From the NCBI GenBank assembly GCA_964655595.1, contig CAZZPQ010000001.1, forward strand, positions 144 through 64,143: DNA of 64,000 nt. Reading direction: 5' to 3'. How positions within the stretch are numbered: position 1 is the stretch's first letter; every line of letters starts with the position of its first letter. The stretch is from an uncultured bacterium. GTDB lineage: Bacteria; Deinococcota; Deinococci; Deinococcales; Trueperaceae. The notes under the pieces were generated by a model. The model worked only from the letters and a program-made list of their open reading frames with translations, was not told the origin of the DNA and did not search any database. Positions 16,520 to 25,438 of this stretch are shown one piece after another. Position numbers and translations under genes: made by a program.

Positions 16520-18310
16520 TCAGGCAGCAACTTCGACCATATCATAGACTTCGATAATGTCACCTTCTTGCACGTTGTCGTAGTTTTGCAGGTTGATACC
16601 ACACTCAAACCCTGTACCCACTTCACGAACATCATCCTTGAAACGGCGGAGTTGTGAGATCGAACCTTTATAGACTTCCTTACCAGCTCGAATCAGGCGC
16701 GCCTTGGCACCACGGCGTATCATTCCATCGGTAACATAAGAACCTGCTATCACGCCAGAGCGGGGTACGCTGATGACCTGACGCACCTGAGCATGACCCA
16801 GTACTTTTTCTTCATACTCCGGCTCAATCTGCCCACGAATCATACGCTGGACATCCTCAATCAGCTCATAGATAATCCGATAAGACTTTAAGGGAATACC
16901 CTGGCGCTCAGCAGCTTTTTTGACACTGCCCGCAGCCGTAACCCCAAAGCTCATGACCGATGCATCAGCGGTACTGGCCAGCAGCAAATCCGATTCGGTC
17001 GGTGCACCCACTTCTGCCAGCATGATGTCGAGGTCGACTTCCTCCACTCCGGCAGATTCCTTAGCCAGTACACCCTTGATGGCCTCGAGCGAACCTTGGG
17101 TATCAGCCCGCAAAATCAGGTTGATTTTGGTCGCCTTGGACTTACCAAAGAGATCTGCCAGCGTCAGGACTTTTTCACTGCTGGTCTCCCGCTCTGAGTC
17201 CTGGCGCAGCGTCTTGCGTTCTGACACCAGTGCCTTGGCAGCCGCTTCAGTTGCTACAGCATCTATGACATCTCCGGCCACTGGCTGCTCACTAAAGCCC
17301 AGAATCCGCACTGGAAAGGAAGGCTCAGCCACAGCGATACGCTGCCCACTGGCATCGGACATAGCCCGCACCTTGGCCCAGATCTCCCCTGAAACAATAT
17401 AATCCCCAACCCGCAGACTGCCTTCCTGGATCAGAATAGTCGCCAGCACACCCGCACGCTTGTCGAGTATGGACTCAATGATAATCCCATGTGCGGGTAC
17501 ATCCTTGGCTGCTCGCACATCTGCCAGTTCAGCCACCAGAGAAATCATCTCGAGCAGATTGTCAATGCCTTTACCGGTCATGGCGCTAATCGGCACCACA
17601 ATCGTGTCACCACCGAAGTCTTCAGGAATCAGCTCGAGCTGCATCAGGTCCTGTTTGACCTTATCAGGATTTGCCTGAGGCAGGTCAGTTTTGTTAATCG
17701 CTACGATAATGGGCACCTTGGCAGCTTTGGCATGGGCTACCGCCTCACGTGTTTGTGGCATGATGCTGTCATCGGCAGCTACCACAATCACGGCGATATC
17801 AGTCGCATTGGCACCACGCTGCCGGATGCTGGTAAAGGCCTCGTGACCTGGAGTATCCAAAAAAGTGATGGGGCCATGCACAGTCTGTGCCTGGTAGGCA
17901 CCGATATGCTGTGTGATGCCACCCGCTTCCTTTTCAGCAACTTTGGTCTTGCGAATATAATCCAGCAGGCTGGTTTTGCCATGGTCGACATGGCCCATCA
18001 CTGTGACCACCGGGGCGCGGCGTGGCGCATCGGCCTGGACTGGTTTTTTAGCAGGCGCTTTCGCTTCGGACTTTTCGTTGGCTGTGGCTGATGGCGGCGC
18101 AACCTGGGGGCTATTCTCCTTAGGTACAAGCGCCACATCTTCGGCCTGCGTATCGAGCACCAGCTGCATCACTGCGTCTGCTGTGTCTGCCTCCAGGGTA
18201 CTCGAGCTACTTTTGTATTCCACACCCATATCATCGAGAATCGCCAAAAGTTCCTTGGATTCTATCCCGATATCCTTGGCAAGCTGATAGATTCTTACCT
18301 TTTCTGACAT
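16520..18310 (-). CDS. infB: translation initiation factor IF-2
   Basis: 596 aa with the GTPase motifs [17 protein letters not shown] and NKTD and the conserved C-terminal domains. It sits downstream of nusA-ylxR. Confidence 0.96.
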   Translation of the reverse strand: MSEKVRIYQLAKDIGIESKELLAILDDMGVEYKSSSSTLEADTADAVMQLVLDTQAEDVALVPKENSPQVAPPSATANEKSEAKAPAKKPVQADAPRRAPVVTVMGHVDHGKTSLLDYIRKTKVAEKEAGGITQHIGAYQAQTVHGPITFLDTPGHEAFTSIRQRGANATDIAVIVVAADDSIMPQTREAVAHAKAAKVPIIVAINKTDLPQANPDKVKQDLMQLELIPEDFGGDTIVVPISAMTGKGIDNLLEMISLVAELADVRAAKDVPAHGIIIESILDKRAGVLATILIQEGSLRVGDYIVSGEIWAKVRAMSDASGQRIAVAEPSFPVRILGFSEQPVAGDVIDAVATEAAAKALVSERKTLRQDSERETSSEKVLTLADLFGKSKATKINLILRADTQGSLEAIKGVLAKESAGVEEVDLDIMLAEVGAPTESDLLLASTADASVMSFGVTAAGSVKKAAERQGIPLKSYRIIYELIEDVQRMIRGQIEPEYEEKVLGHAQVRQVISVPRSGVIAGSYVTDGMIRRGAKARLIRAGKEVYKGSISQLRRFKDDVREVGTGFECGINLQNYDNVQEGDIIEVYDMVEVAA

Positions 18311-18592
18311 TCATCCTCCTTCAGCGGCTGAAAGCACCATGGCAATCTGCCGGAGTTCACTGCTGATACGCTCAGCATCGTTACGAAAAAAGCGCTTGAT
18401 CGCTTTAGCATCGTGACAGCTTATATCGCGGCACAACCAAGCGCCGCGTCCACCTGCCTTATGACGCAAATCGAACTGCCAGTGCTGCGCTTCGTCGCGG
18501 TAAAGACGCAACAGTTCCGCCTGAGGTTTGGACACACGGCACAGAACGCAACGGCGCAAGGGTATATGCCTGGCTTTGCGAACTGCCGTCAT
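18311..18592 (-). CDS. ylxR: YlxR/DUF448 family RNA-binding protein
   Basis: 93 aa with the LRRCVLCR...GRGAWLC motif. It holds the conserved position between nusA and infB. Confidence 0.85.
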   Translation of the reverse strand: MTAVRKARHIPLRRCVLCRVSKPQAELLRLYRDEAQHWQFDLRHKAGGRGAWLCRDISCHDAKAIKRFFRNDAERISSELRQIAMVLSAAEGG

Positions 18593-18594
18593 GC

Positions 18595-19779
18595 TTATTC
18601 CTCCGAATTGCTTGCTTCCGCTTCACTTTTGGCTTTTTCGGCAGCCGAAAAGAGCGCATCAAAAGCCGCACGTTTTGTTTCGCTCGAGCCGACCGGTGCA
18701 TCCTCGAGCCTGGACGCTGCCGCCTGCAAAGCGGCGTCCAAGTCACTCACCACATCACTGGCATCCAGGTCGATTTTGTAGCCGGTAAGCTTGGCAGCCA
18801 GACGCACGTTCTGCCCACCCTTGCCAATGGCAAGCGAAAGCTGGTCACTGGAAACGACGATTTTGGTCTCCTGTGTGTCGGTATTCACCTCGATGCTGCC
18901 GACCTTGGCAGGTGAGAGGGCGTTGCGAATAAACTCACGCGGATTGGCATCCCACATGATGATATCCACACGCTCCCGCTGGAGTTCACCCGTGACCGCC
19001 TGAATGCGACTGCCGCGATGACCAATGCAGGCGCCAATCGGGTCAACATTGGGGTTGCTACTGGTCACGGCAACTTTAGAGCGCTGGCCAGCTTCACGCG
19101 CCACTGCCTTGATTTCCACCGTGCCATCTTGCACCTCGGGAATCTCCTGGCGCATCAGGAACTCGAGCAACTCCGGTGCAGCGCGGGACACCAGAATACT
19201 GGGGCCACGGCTGCTCTGTTCCACATTCATGACATAGACCTTTACACGCATGCCAACCATGTAACGCTCGCCAGGAATCTGTTCCTTTTGGGGCATGATC
19301 GCCTCGCCGCGCCCTAAATCCACAAAAACGTTGCGTTTATTGTCAGTGCGCGTCACCAGACCAGTCAGCACCTCACCACTGCGGTCTTTGTACTCCTCAA
19401 AAACTATCATGCGCTCAGCTTCGCGGATTTTCTGAGTGATGACCTGCTTGGTGGTCTGCACCGCAATACGGGTAAATTTATCGGGGTCGACTGGAAACTC
19501 CATTTCCATCCCCAGCTCAACCGTATCATCAAGCTCCAACGCTTCTTGCAAAGAGATTTCCTTATCTATATCCTCGATCACTTCGACCACGCGGCGAATA
19601 ACCAGGACTTCCATCTCACCGCTATCAGGATCAATCACCACATCGATCTCTTTACCAGGCTCAACATTACGCTCATAAGCCTGCTCGAGCGATTCCTCAA
19701 AGCTCTGCAGGAGTTGCGCCCGATCAAGATTGCGCTCAGCAGCCAGCTGATTCAGCGCGTCCATAAACTCTTTGTTCAT
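18595..19779 (-). CDS. nusA: transcription termination/antitermination factor NusA
   Basis: 394 aa covering the N-terminal domain, S1 and two KH domains (GACIGHRGSRIQAV, AIGKGGQNVRLAAKLTG). Confidence 0.96.
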   Translation of the reverse strand: MNKEFMDALNQLAAERNLDRAQLLQSFEESLEQAYERNVEPGKEIDVVIDPDSGEMEVLVIRRVVEVIEDIDKEISLQEALELDDTVELGMEMEFPVDPDKFTRIAVQTTKQVITQKIREAERMIVFEEYKDRSGEVLTGLVTRTDNKRNVFVDLGRGEAIMPQKEQIPGERYMVGMRVKVYVMNVEQSSRGPSILVSRAAPELLEFLMRQEIPEVQDGTVEIKAVAREAGQRSKVAVTSSNPNVDPIGACIGHRGSRIQAVTGELQRERVDIIMWDANPREFIRNALSPAKVGSIEVNTDTQETKIVVSSDQLSLAIGKGGQNVRLAAKLTGYKIDLDASDVVSDLDAALQAAASRLEDAPVGSSETKRAAFDALFSAAEKAKSEAEASNSEE

Positions 19780-19845
19780 CCTAACTCCTTAATCATTTAT
19801 ATGAAAGTAGCACAACCTAATGCCCTGACGACCCACAGCTCCTGT

Positions 19846-20289
19846 TTATCTAGGCTCCTTAGGCCACTCCGCCAGACGCGCCTGAAGCTCCGCAACAGGA
19901 TAACTGCGCAGTTCCTTATCCACTTCAAAACTCACCATGTCATTTTCCACCTGACGAATGATGCCCTTAAAGCTGTCCTGACCCACCCTGACTTTCGCCA
20001 TCAGACCATGAAATCGCGCAAAGTGCCGCGCTGTACGCAGGGGTCTTTCGGCACCCGGCGACTCCACTTCGAGCTGATAGGCACTGTTAAAAGGATCAAG
20101 GCGATCAAGTTCAAGACCAAATATCTCGGTGGCCAGCGTAACGTCCTCCATAGTGACAGTTTGTTCGTCCAGACGGTCAATACGCAGCAGAACCCGCCGT
20201 TTGCTTCCCTGACCGGAGATTGCCAGCTCGAGTACCTCGTAACCCAGTGGCGCAATCACTGCTTGTGCAGCCTGCTCGAGATTCATCAC
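19846..20289 (-). CDS. rimP: ribosome maturation factor RimP
   Basis: 147 aa. The LEVESPGAERPL motif and the position upstream of nusA support the call. Confidence 0.9.
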   Translation of the reverse strand: MMNLEQAAQAVIAPLGYEVLELAISGQGSKRRVLLRIDRLDEQTVTMEDVTLATEIFGLELDRLDPFNSAYQLEVESPGAERPLRTARHFARFHGLMAKVRVGQDSFKGIIRQVENDMVSFEVDKELRSYPVAELQARLAEWPKEPR

Positions 20290-20324
20290 TCCTCCGTTCT
20301 GGTGGTATTCCTTGGCTCGCCATC

Positions 20325-20352
20325 AAAAAAGGTGGTGTGCGACGCACCCACC
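20325..20352 (-). terminator. intrinsic terminator inside the rimP-nusA-infB leader (candidate attenuator)
   Basis: The minus-strand RNA GGUGGGUGCGUCGCACACCACC forms a 9-bp GC-rich stem with one bulge, followed by UUUUUUGAUGG. It ends about 35 nt upstream of the rimP ATG, and no minus-strand gene lies upstream of it. Confidence 0.6.
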
Positions 20353-20382
20353 TAGCCTGGTAGTCGAGACAATGCTAGACTT

Positions 20383-20411
20383 AGTATAGCCCTTCCAACG
20401 CGCTTTTACAA
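20383..20411 (-). promoter_or_regulatory. sigma70-type promoter for the rimP operon
   Basis: On the minus strand, TTGTAA, a 17-nt spacer and TATACT. The promoter sits just upstream of the leader terminator. Confidence 0.5.
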
Positions 20412-20452
20412 GCTCTACAGTTGCAAGACGCTAGCCTAGCAAGCGCTGTGTC

Positions 20453-20461
20453 TGATAAACT
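20453..20461 (+). promoter_or_regulatory. extended -10 element TGaTAAACT 6 nt upstream of the ppgK ATG (possible leaderless mRNA)
   Basis: The sequence reads TGATAAACT-CACAGC-ATG with no Shine-Dalgarno. Confidence 0.4.
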
Positions 20462-20467
20462 CACAGC

Positions 20468-21223
20468 ATGGCACAAACCGCAGGAATCCTAGGCATTGAC
20501 ATCGGCGGCTCGGGCATTAAAGGCGCCCTGGTTGACCCCCAACAAGGCATTTTGCTCTCTGAACGTAAGCGCATTGCCACCCCCCAGCCCGCCACTCCGG
20601 AGGCTGTCGCTGCCACGGTACAGAAGCTGGTCGAGCACTTTGACTATACGGGTAAAATTGGCTGCACCTTTCCAGCAGTCGTGCGCCATGGCATGGTCTA
20701 CTCGGCGGCCAACGTCGATAAGAGCTGGATCAATACCCATGCTGAAAAGCTCTTTAGCGAGGTGACCGGACAAAGCGTTCATGTACTGAACGATGCTGAC
20801 GCCGCAGGTGTCGCCGAAATGGCCTTTGGTGCGGGGCGTAACCAGCCTGGTCTCGTTTTTATGCTGACCTTTGGCACTGGCATTGGAACCGCTATCTTCA
20901 TTGACGGCAAGCTTGTCCCCAATGCCGAACTCGGACACCTTGAGCTCGGTGGGCGCGAGGTCGAGCCCTGGGCCTCAGCCAAAGCCAAAGCAGATTTTAA
21001 GTTGAGCTGGAAAAAGTGGAGTAAACGCGTGACCAAATACTTAAACTATCTCGAGTTTCTCTTTTCCCCTGACCTCTTTATCATCGGTGGTGGCTTAAGC
21101 AAAAACAGTGACAAGTTTTTTCCGCTGCTTCAGACCTCCACGCCAGTGGTGACAGCCACCCTGCTCAATGAAGCAGGGATTGTAGGCGCGGCCTATGCAG
21201 CTCAACTCGAGACAAAGCAATAA
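20468..21223 (+). CDS. ppgK: polyphosphate glucokinase (ROK family)
   Basis: 251 aa. [25 protein letters not shown] and ELGHLE are typical of PPGK-type ROK kinases. Confidence 0.85.
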   Translation: MAQTAGILGIDIGGSGIKGALVDPQQGILLSERKRIATPQPATPEAVAATVQKLVEHFDYTGKIGCTFPAVVRHGMVYSAANVDKSWINTHAEKLFSEVTGQSVHVLNDADAAGVAEMAFGAGRNQPGLVFMLTFGTGIGTAIFIDGKLVPNAELGHLELGGREVEPWASAKAKADFKLSWKKWSKRVTKYLNYLEFLFSPDLFIIGGGLSKNSDKFFPLLQTSTPVVTATLLNEAGIVGAAYAAQLETKQ

Positions 21224-21251
21224 GCCAGTAAAGGACAGGTGAAGCACTACC

Positions 21252-21890
21252 TTGAAAACCAGCCTGCTTGTTCGTCCCTCAGCAGAAACCCTGGCGACGC
21301 TCCCTAAAAGCCTGCGTGACATCAGCCTGATTAACCTGAGTGGGGATTACAGCTATATGTCCGAAGCCTATTATCTCTCGCTCGAGGCAGAACTCGAGCA
21401 GGAGCGTGTTTTACCCACGACCGAGGATGCTCTGGACGCTTATGTCGTGCCGATTGCCATGGAAAAAGCCCGGCAGCAAGCTATTGACATTCCGCAGTAT
21501 GACATCATCATGGACAAACTCACACCGCCGGTACTTGCCTACCCAATCAATCCCTTTTCCACCAAGTTCGAGTTGGTACAAGCCGGTGACGACCTGAACA
21601 AGAAACTGCGCACCCTTACCAAGATTGGCAAGTATGCCACTCTCTGCCAAAGGCTACCAACAGACTTCAGGCTTGACGTCGTTCGCTGCATCCTGGGACA
21701 ATGCCTGTCACCTGATTATCATGAGTTCAGCAGGCGCATCTTTGAAGTTTTCCGGCTACCGCTCATGCGCATCCGCGTGATTGTCACCACCAGCAGCTAC
21801 CTGCTCTCAGCCATTGAACCCTTGACTTTTGAAGAGCTGACCATCAACGAGAAAAAACTGCTTAACGGACTGGGGCTATGGCAAAAATAG
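21252..21890 (+). CDS. RLAN (RimK-like ATP-grasp N-terminal) domain protein
   Basis: 212 aa with a TTG start. INLSGDYSYMSEAYYLSLEAELEQERVLPT matches my memory of the RLAN signature (N..Y.Y.s.gYY.SL.AE....v.P). It overlaps the ATP-grasp gene by 13 nt. Confidence 0.55.
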   Translation: MKTSLLVRPSAETLATLPKSLRDISLINLSGDYSYMSEAYYLSLEAELEQERVLPTTEDALDAYVVPIAMEKARQQAIDIPQYDIIMDKLTPPVLAYPINPFSTKFELVQAGDDLNKKLRTLTKIGKYATLCQRLPTDFRLDVVRCILGQCLSPDYHEFSRRIFEVFRLPLMRIRVIVTTSSYLLSAIEPLTFEELTINEKKLLNGLGLWQK

Positions 21891-22762
21891 CGATTTTTAC
21901 TGAGCGATACACCATCCGCGACGCTGCCGAACTCACCGCCTTAACCAATTTTCGCATGGCAGCCTTTGACCTTGGACATCAGCTAGACTTTATCTTCAAG
22001 AATGAGCTCAAGTACCTGTTTAATTACGAGGCAGTGCTGATTCGCGCCCTGACCGATCCCTTAAACACCACCTATGTCGTGGCGCGGCTCGCCGAGCTGC
22101 GCGGTATGCGGGTACTCGACCAGTCCGCCTCTATTCGCATCTGCTGTGACAAGGTCAATATGTATTCCTGCCTGATGAAGCGTGGTGTATCCATGCCGGA
22201 TACCACCTTTCTCAAGGAAAGTGAGGTCACCGAGGCCAATGCTTCTGAACTCTTTGAAGCCATGGGGCTGCCACTGGTCTTAAAAGCTCCCAACTCGAGC
22301 TTTTCTGCCTATGTGGATAAGGTGAATACCGCCGGGGACTTTGTGAGAATTGGTAAGAAGTTCCTGCGCCGTGCTGACAGAATCATCGTACAGCAGTACA
22401 TGCCCAGCGACTTTGACTGGCGCATTATCACTCTGAACGGTGAGGTAATTGCAGTACTGAAGTATCTCTTTGTTCAGGACAAATGGAAGCTGATGGAGCG
22501 CGGTTCAGGTGGCGAGTGGGCCAATGTGATCGGGGTCCCCATCGACGAGGCGAATCCTCAGCTTCTTATGCTTGCCAAACGTGCTGCCCATGCCATTGGC
22601 GAAAGTCTCTACGGCATCGACATCAAGGAGGTCGGCGGCGAGTTCTATGTCATCGAAGTTAACGATAATCCGACCATTGCTGCTGGCGATGAGGATTTAG
22701 CCAATCCCGATATTTACAGCCTCATTATTCGCTATCTAGCAGGCGAAACCAGCAGCAAATAG
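21878..22762 (+). CDS. RimK-like ATP-grasp ligase
   Basis: 294 aa with an ATP-grasp core (PLVLKAPNSSFSAYV, IIVQQYMPSDFDWRI, YGIDIKEVGGEFYVIEVNDNP). Confidence 0.8.
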   Translation: MAKIAIFTERYTIRDAAELTALTNFRMAAFDLGHQLDFIFKNELKYLFNYEAVLIRALTDPLNTTYVVARLAELRGMRVLDQSASIRICCDKVNMYSCLMKRGVSMPDTTFLKESEVTEANASELFEAMGLPLVLKAPNSSFSAYVDKVNTAGDFVRIGKKFLRRADRIIVQQYMPSDFDWRIITLNGEVIAVLKYLFVQDKWKLMERGSGGEWANVIGVPIDEANPQLLMLAKRAAHAIGESLYGIDIKEVGGEFYVIEVNDNPTIAAGDEDLANPDIYSLIIRYLAGETSSK

Positions 22763-23817
22763 CGGTGCTGCGCTCGACCATAACGACTGACACGCTCGAA
22801 GTCTGCTTTAGCCAGTGGCAGATTGATGCTGTCTGCTCGAGTCAAACCCTTAGGGATAAAAGGGTCATGCAGATAAATATATTTCTGGTCAAAACCGGTC
22901 ACCACGCACCAGTGCGGAATCCTTTCACCATACAAGCGGTAGCCACTGAGTAGCAGTAAAGGAATACTACCTTTGCGCAGGGCGCGCTCAAGCACTTCAA
23001 CACCAAAATCCCGTTGCCTGAGGTTTGCCCCACCAGCCTTCAGGTCACGCAAAAACTGCCGATGACTCAGCTCGATGACCGCTTTCTTTTCAGCATCGCG
23101 CACGCTGTCCAGAAATGGCACACCACCATCACGCGACCAGATCTCAACCTGAAAACCCCGCCTTAGCGCTGCCAAACCCAGACCATGGGCGCTGCAACCC
23201 CCATGTCCCGAGAGCATAAAGACCGTGGTTGCCTCACGCCAGAGCTGCAACTCGAGTTCCTGAGAAAAGCGCCGCGCATACTTCAGGTAGCGCAGCGCCA
23301 TCATGAGAGCTGCCGGTCCACAAGTAAAGTCCAGACTTTGGGAATAGTAGGGCACCTTGAGGTGCAGAGCGCCCTGTTTGCCATGAAGCTGTTTGCGCAT
23401 GCGAAGCGCTGTGCTGTGATCTTCGTAGTAATCGGCGCTGCGCCCTACCACCTCATAGCCGTGCTTTTCATACAGGGCCCTAGCAGCGCTATTGTCCTCG
23501 CGCAGTTCAAGTCGCAAACTAAAACAGTCACGAGCCAAGGCTGCCTGCTCGATATGCCCTAGCAGCGCTGTGGCAATACCCTGACCACGCGCTACCGGAT
23601 CAACCACCAAGGAATAAAGTCGAGCACTGTGAAAACCCTTGCGGTAGAGCAGCACAGTGTTCGCGACAATCCGTCCACGCTGCTCATAGACAAAGATATC
23701 AGCATGCCCCCTTAAAAGGAGATGCCGAAAGCTCTGCCGACTGATGCGGTCACCCGGAAAACCCTGCTCCAGAAGCAGCAAGCTATCTAAGTCCTGCAAG
23801 CTTGCCTTGCGAATCAT
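22732..23817 (-). CDS. fusion protein: N-terminal GNAT acetyltransferase plus C-terminal papain-like (peptidase C39-like) domain
   Basis: 361 aa. The GNAT motif is RGQGIATALLGHIEQAA. The C-terminal domain has YYSQSLDFTCGPAALMMAL (Cys), IPHWCVVTGFD (His) and LHDP (Asp). Confidence 0.8.
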   Translation of the reverse strand: MIRKASLQDLDSLLLLEQGFPGDRISRQSFRHLLLRGHADIFVYEQRGRIVANTVLLYRKGFHSARLYSLVVDPVARGQGIATALLGHIEQAALARDCFSLRLELREDNSAARALYEKHGYEVVGRSADYYEDHSTALRMRKQLHGKQGALHLKVPYYSQSLDFTCGPAALMMALRYLKYARRFSQELELQLWREATTVFMLSGHGGCSAHGLGLAALRRGFQVEIWSRDGGVPFLDSVRDAEKKAVIELSHRQFLRDLKAGGANLRQRDFGVEVLERALRKGSIPLLLLSGYRLYGERIPHWCVVTGFDQKYIYLHDPFIPKGLTRADSINLPLAKADFERVSRYGRAQHRYLLLVSPAR

Positions 23818-25199
23818 CCGTTACGCCAGGGAAAGCCCAGACCCCGCCAGCCAAAACGAACCTGCTTGAGCACATCCCTGGCCCGCCAGGAGTGTGTCTC
23901 CTGTAAAGGGCGCACAAAGCGCCAGGCCTGCATGCGCAGCAAACCACTGAGGGCAAAAAGCGTGTGATAGGCTGTCCAGTCATAGCCGCGAATACTGAAG
24001 CTGGTCACCTGAAACAGCGTAAACAGCGGGCCAGAGAGAACACCACCCAGAAATCCGGCAATGCCAGTAACCAGACTAAACATAGCGATGTAAGGCAGGC
24101 GGTCTTCCTTGGGTGCGCTGACCAGTGCCAGATTAAAAATTGCCGGGCCCACCGCACCCCAGGCAATCGCGTCAAAAGCTGCCGATATCCAGATAGGCCA
24201 TAGATTGCCAGGCGTTGCCAAAATCCAGGTGAGTGGCAAGAGCAACCCCACCAGAAAAGTACCAATCTGCAAGACTGCCTTGTTACCGTACTCATCGGCG
24301 ACCCGCCCCCATACAACCGTAGAGCCCAGGGCTGTGACGGCAGCAATCGCGCTCCAGATAGCCACCTGCGTAAAGCTCATCTGCAACTGATCGAGAAAAT
24401 AAGGCATGACAAAGGGCGCTGCGATCATGACCGAAGCATTCCAGTAAATCCCAAACATCAGAAACTTCCGGAAGTTCAGGTCGCGCCAGGGAATCTGCAG
24501 AGTTTCTTTCAGGGGGTGTGGGTGCTTTTTGCGCGGTGGTTCGTGATGAAAGGGCAATAGGGCAATCCCAATGACTGCCGAGAGCACACCCACCGATAAC
24601 ACAACCTGAAAGTTAATCGGCGCTGCTACGATATCCAAAAACCAGCCCGCTGCCAGATTGGTAAGCATACCTACCAGACCAACAACCCCCGTGCGAAAAC
24701 CAAAGTAGCGCCCGCGCCGCTTCTGGGGAATCACATCCCCCATCCAACTGGCCCACAGCGTACCAACGCTCGCCTGAAAAAAGCTCGAGATAGCCACCAG
24801 CACAATCAGCAGCGAGATCAGTAGATGACCGCTCACGAATTGTGGCAGCAAAGCGGCCAGAATCCACAAACCCCGACCTACCAGTGCCAGCACAATGGTC
24901 ACAGCCTTTAAGCGCGCCGCGTAGCTAGCCAGCCAGGCAGCAAAAGGGCTCGAGATCTGTGCCAGCAAGGGTACACTGGCAACCAGCCCCAGGTGCGTGG
25001 GTGTCGCACCAAAGTGCAGCATATAACCAATCAGCACACTGCCCGTGGTCCAATTGAGAAACGCCTGGGTGAGGCTCCCCTCAAATACAGACAGGCTGAG
25101 TGTATGGCGGATGGCTTTACTTAGGTTGGTGGCTGAGTTAGAGATAGGCATGTCTCCGACTTGTATTTCCTTAGGTAGGTCTGGGGGTAATAAGCGCAA
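23814..25199 (-). CDS. MFS transporter
   Basis: 461 aa with about 12 hydrophobic segments and the loop motif G.V.D...RR. It overlaps the GNAT-C39 gene by 4 nt, so they are co-transcribed. Confidence 0.8.
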   Translation of the reverse strand: MRLLPPDLPKEIQVGDMPISNSATNLSKAIRHTLSLSVFEGSLTQAFLNWTTGSVLIGYMLHFGATPTHLGLVASVPLLAQISSPFAAWLASYAARLKAVTIVLALVGRGLWILAALLPQFVSGHLLISLLIVLVAISSFFQASVGTLWASWMGDVIPQKRRGRYFGFRTGVVGLVGMLTNLAAGWFLDIVAAPINFQVVLSVGVLSAVIGIALLPFHHEPPRKKHPHPLKETLQIPWRDLNFRKFLMFGIYWNASVMIAAPFVMPYFLDQLQMSFTQVAIWSAIAAVTALGSTVVWGRVADEYGNKAVLQIGTFLVGLLLPLTWILATPGNLWPIWISAAFDAIAWGAVGPAIFNLALVSAPKEDRLPYIAMFSLVTGIAGFLGGVLSGPLFTLFQVTSFSIRGYDWTAYHTLFALSGLLRMQAWRFVRPLQETHSWRARDVLKQVRFGWRGLGFPWRNG

Positions 25200-25250
25200 C
25201 TTAATAATTTGAATTTCAGAGGTTGATGCTCCCGTCAGTTCTTCTCGAGT

Positions 25251-25334
25251 AATACCGATTCATCTCGCAGGCGTTCTCGCTGCGCTCGGAACCGCTCCGG
25301 TTATCTCTTTACGGATATAACCGGAATTGGCATA
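25251..25334 (+). repeat. F1-related degenerate repeat
   Basis: AATACCGA..TTCTCGCTGCGCTCGGA.. is followed by the hairpin CCGGTTAT..ATAACCGG and then GGAATTGGCATA. This parallels the F1 ends and hairpin position. Confidence 0.35.
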
Positions 25335-25438
25335 ATGTAACCGCCAGGAAATCCTTATGGCTATTACATTTCCGGCAGCTATCGTACAGCCCTGCAAGGT
25401 GCAGGGGATACTCATATACGACAGAGCCTTACCGTAAT

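Noticed and set aside
17489-18091. Long ORFs on the opposite strand of well-supported genes. Examples are 17489-18091 and 16920-17402 inside infB, 19546-20355 across nusA/rimP, 25769-26581 inside speA, 8369-8971 inside the ComZ-like gene, and 31937-32485 inside the GGDEF-EAL gene.
   Set aside because: They lie entirely antisense to genes with strong family signatures, have low-complexity or Arg/Ser/Cys-rich translations, and have no ribosome-binding sites. I treat them as shadow ORFs.
25390-25406. A hairpin CCCTGCA-AGG-TGCAGGG just downstream of speA.
   Set aside because: There is no U-tract on either strand, so I do not call it an intrinsic terminator.
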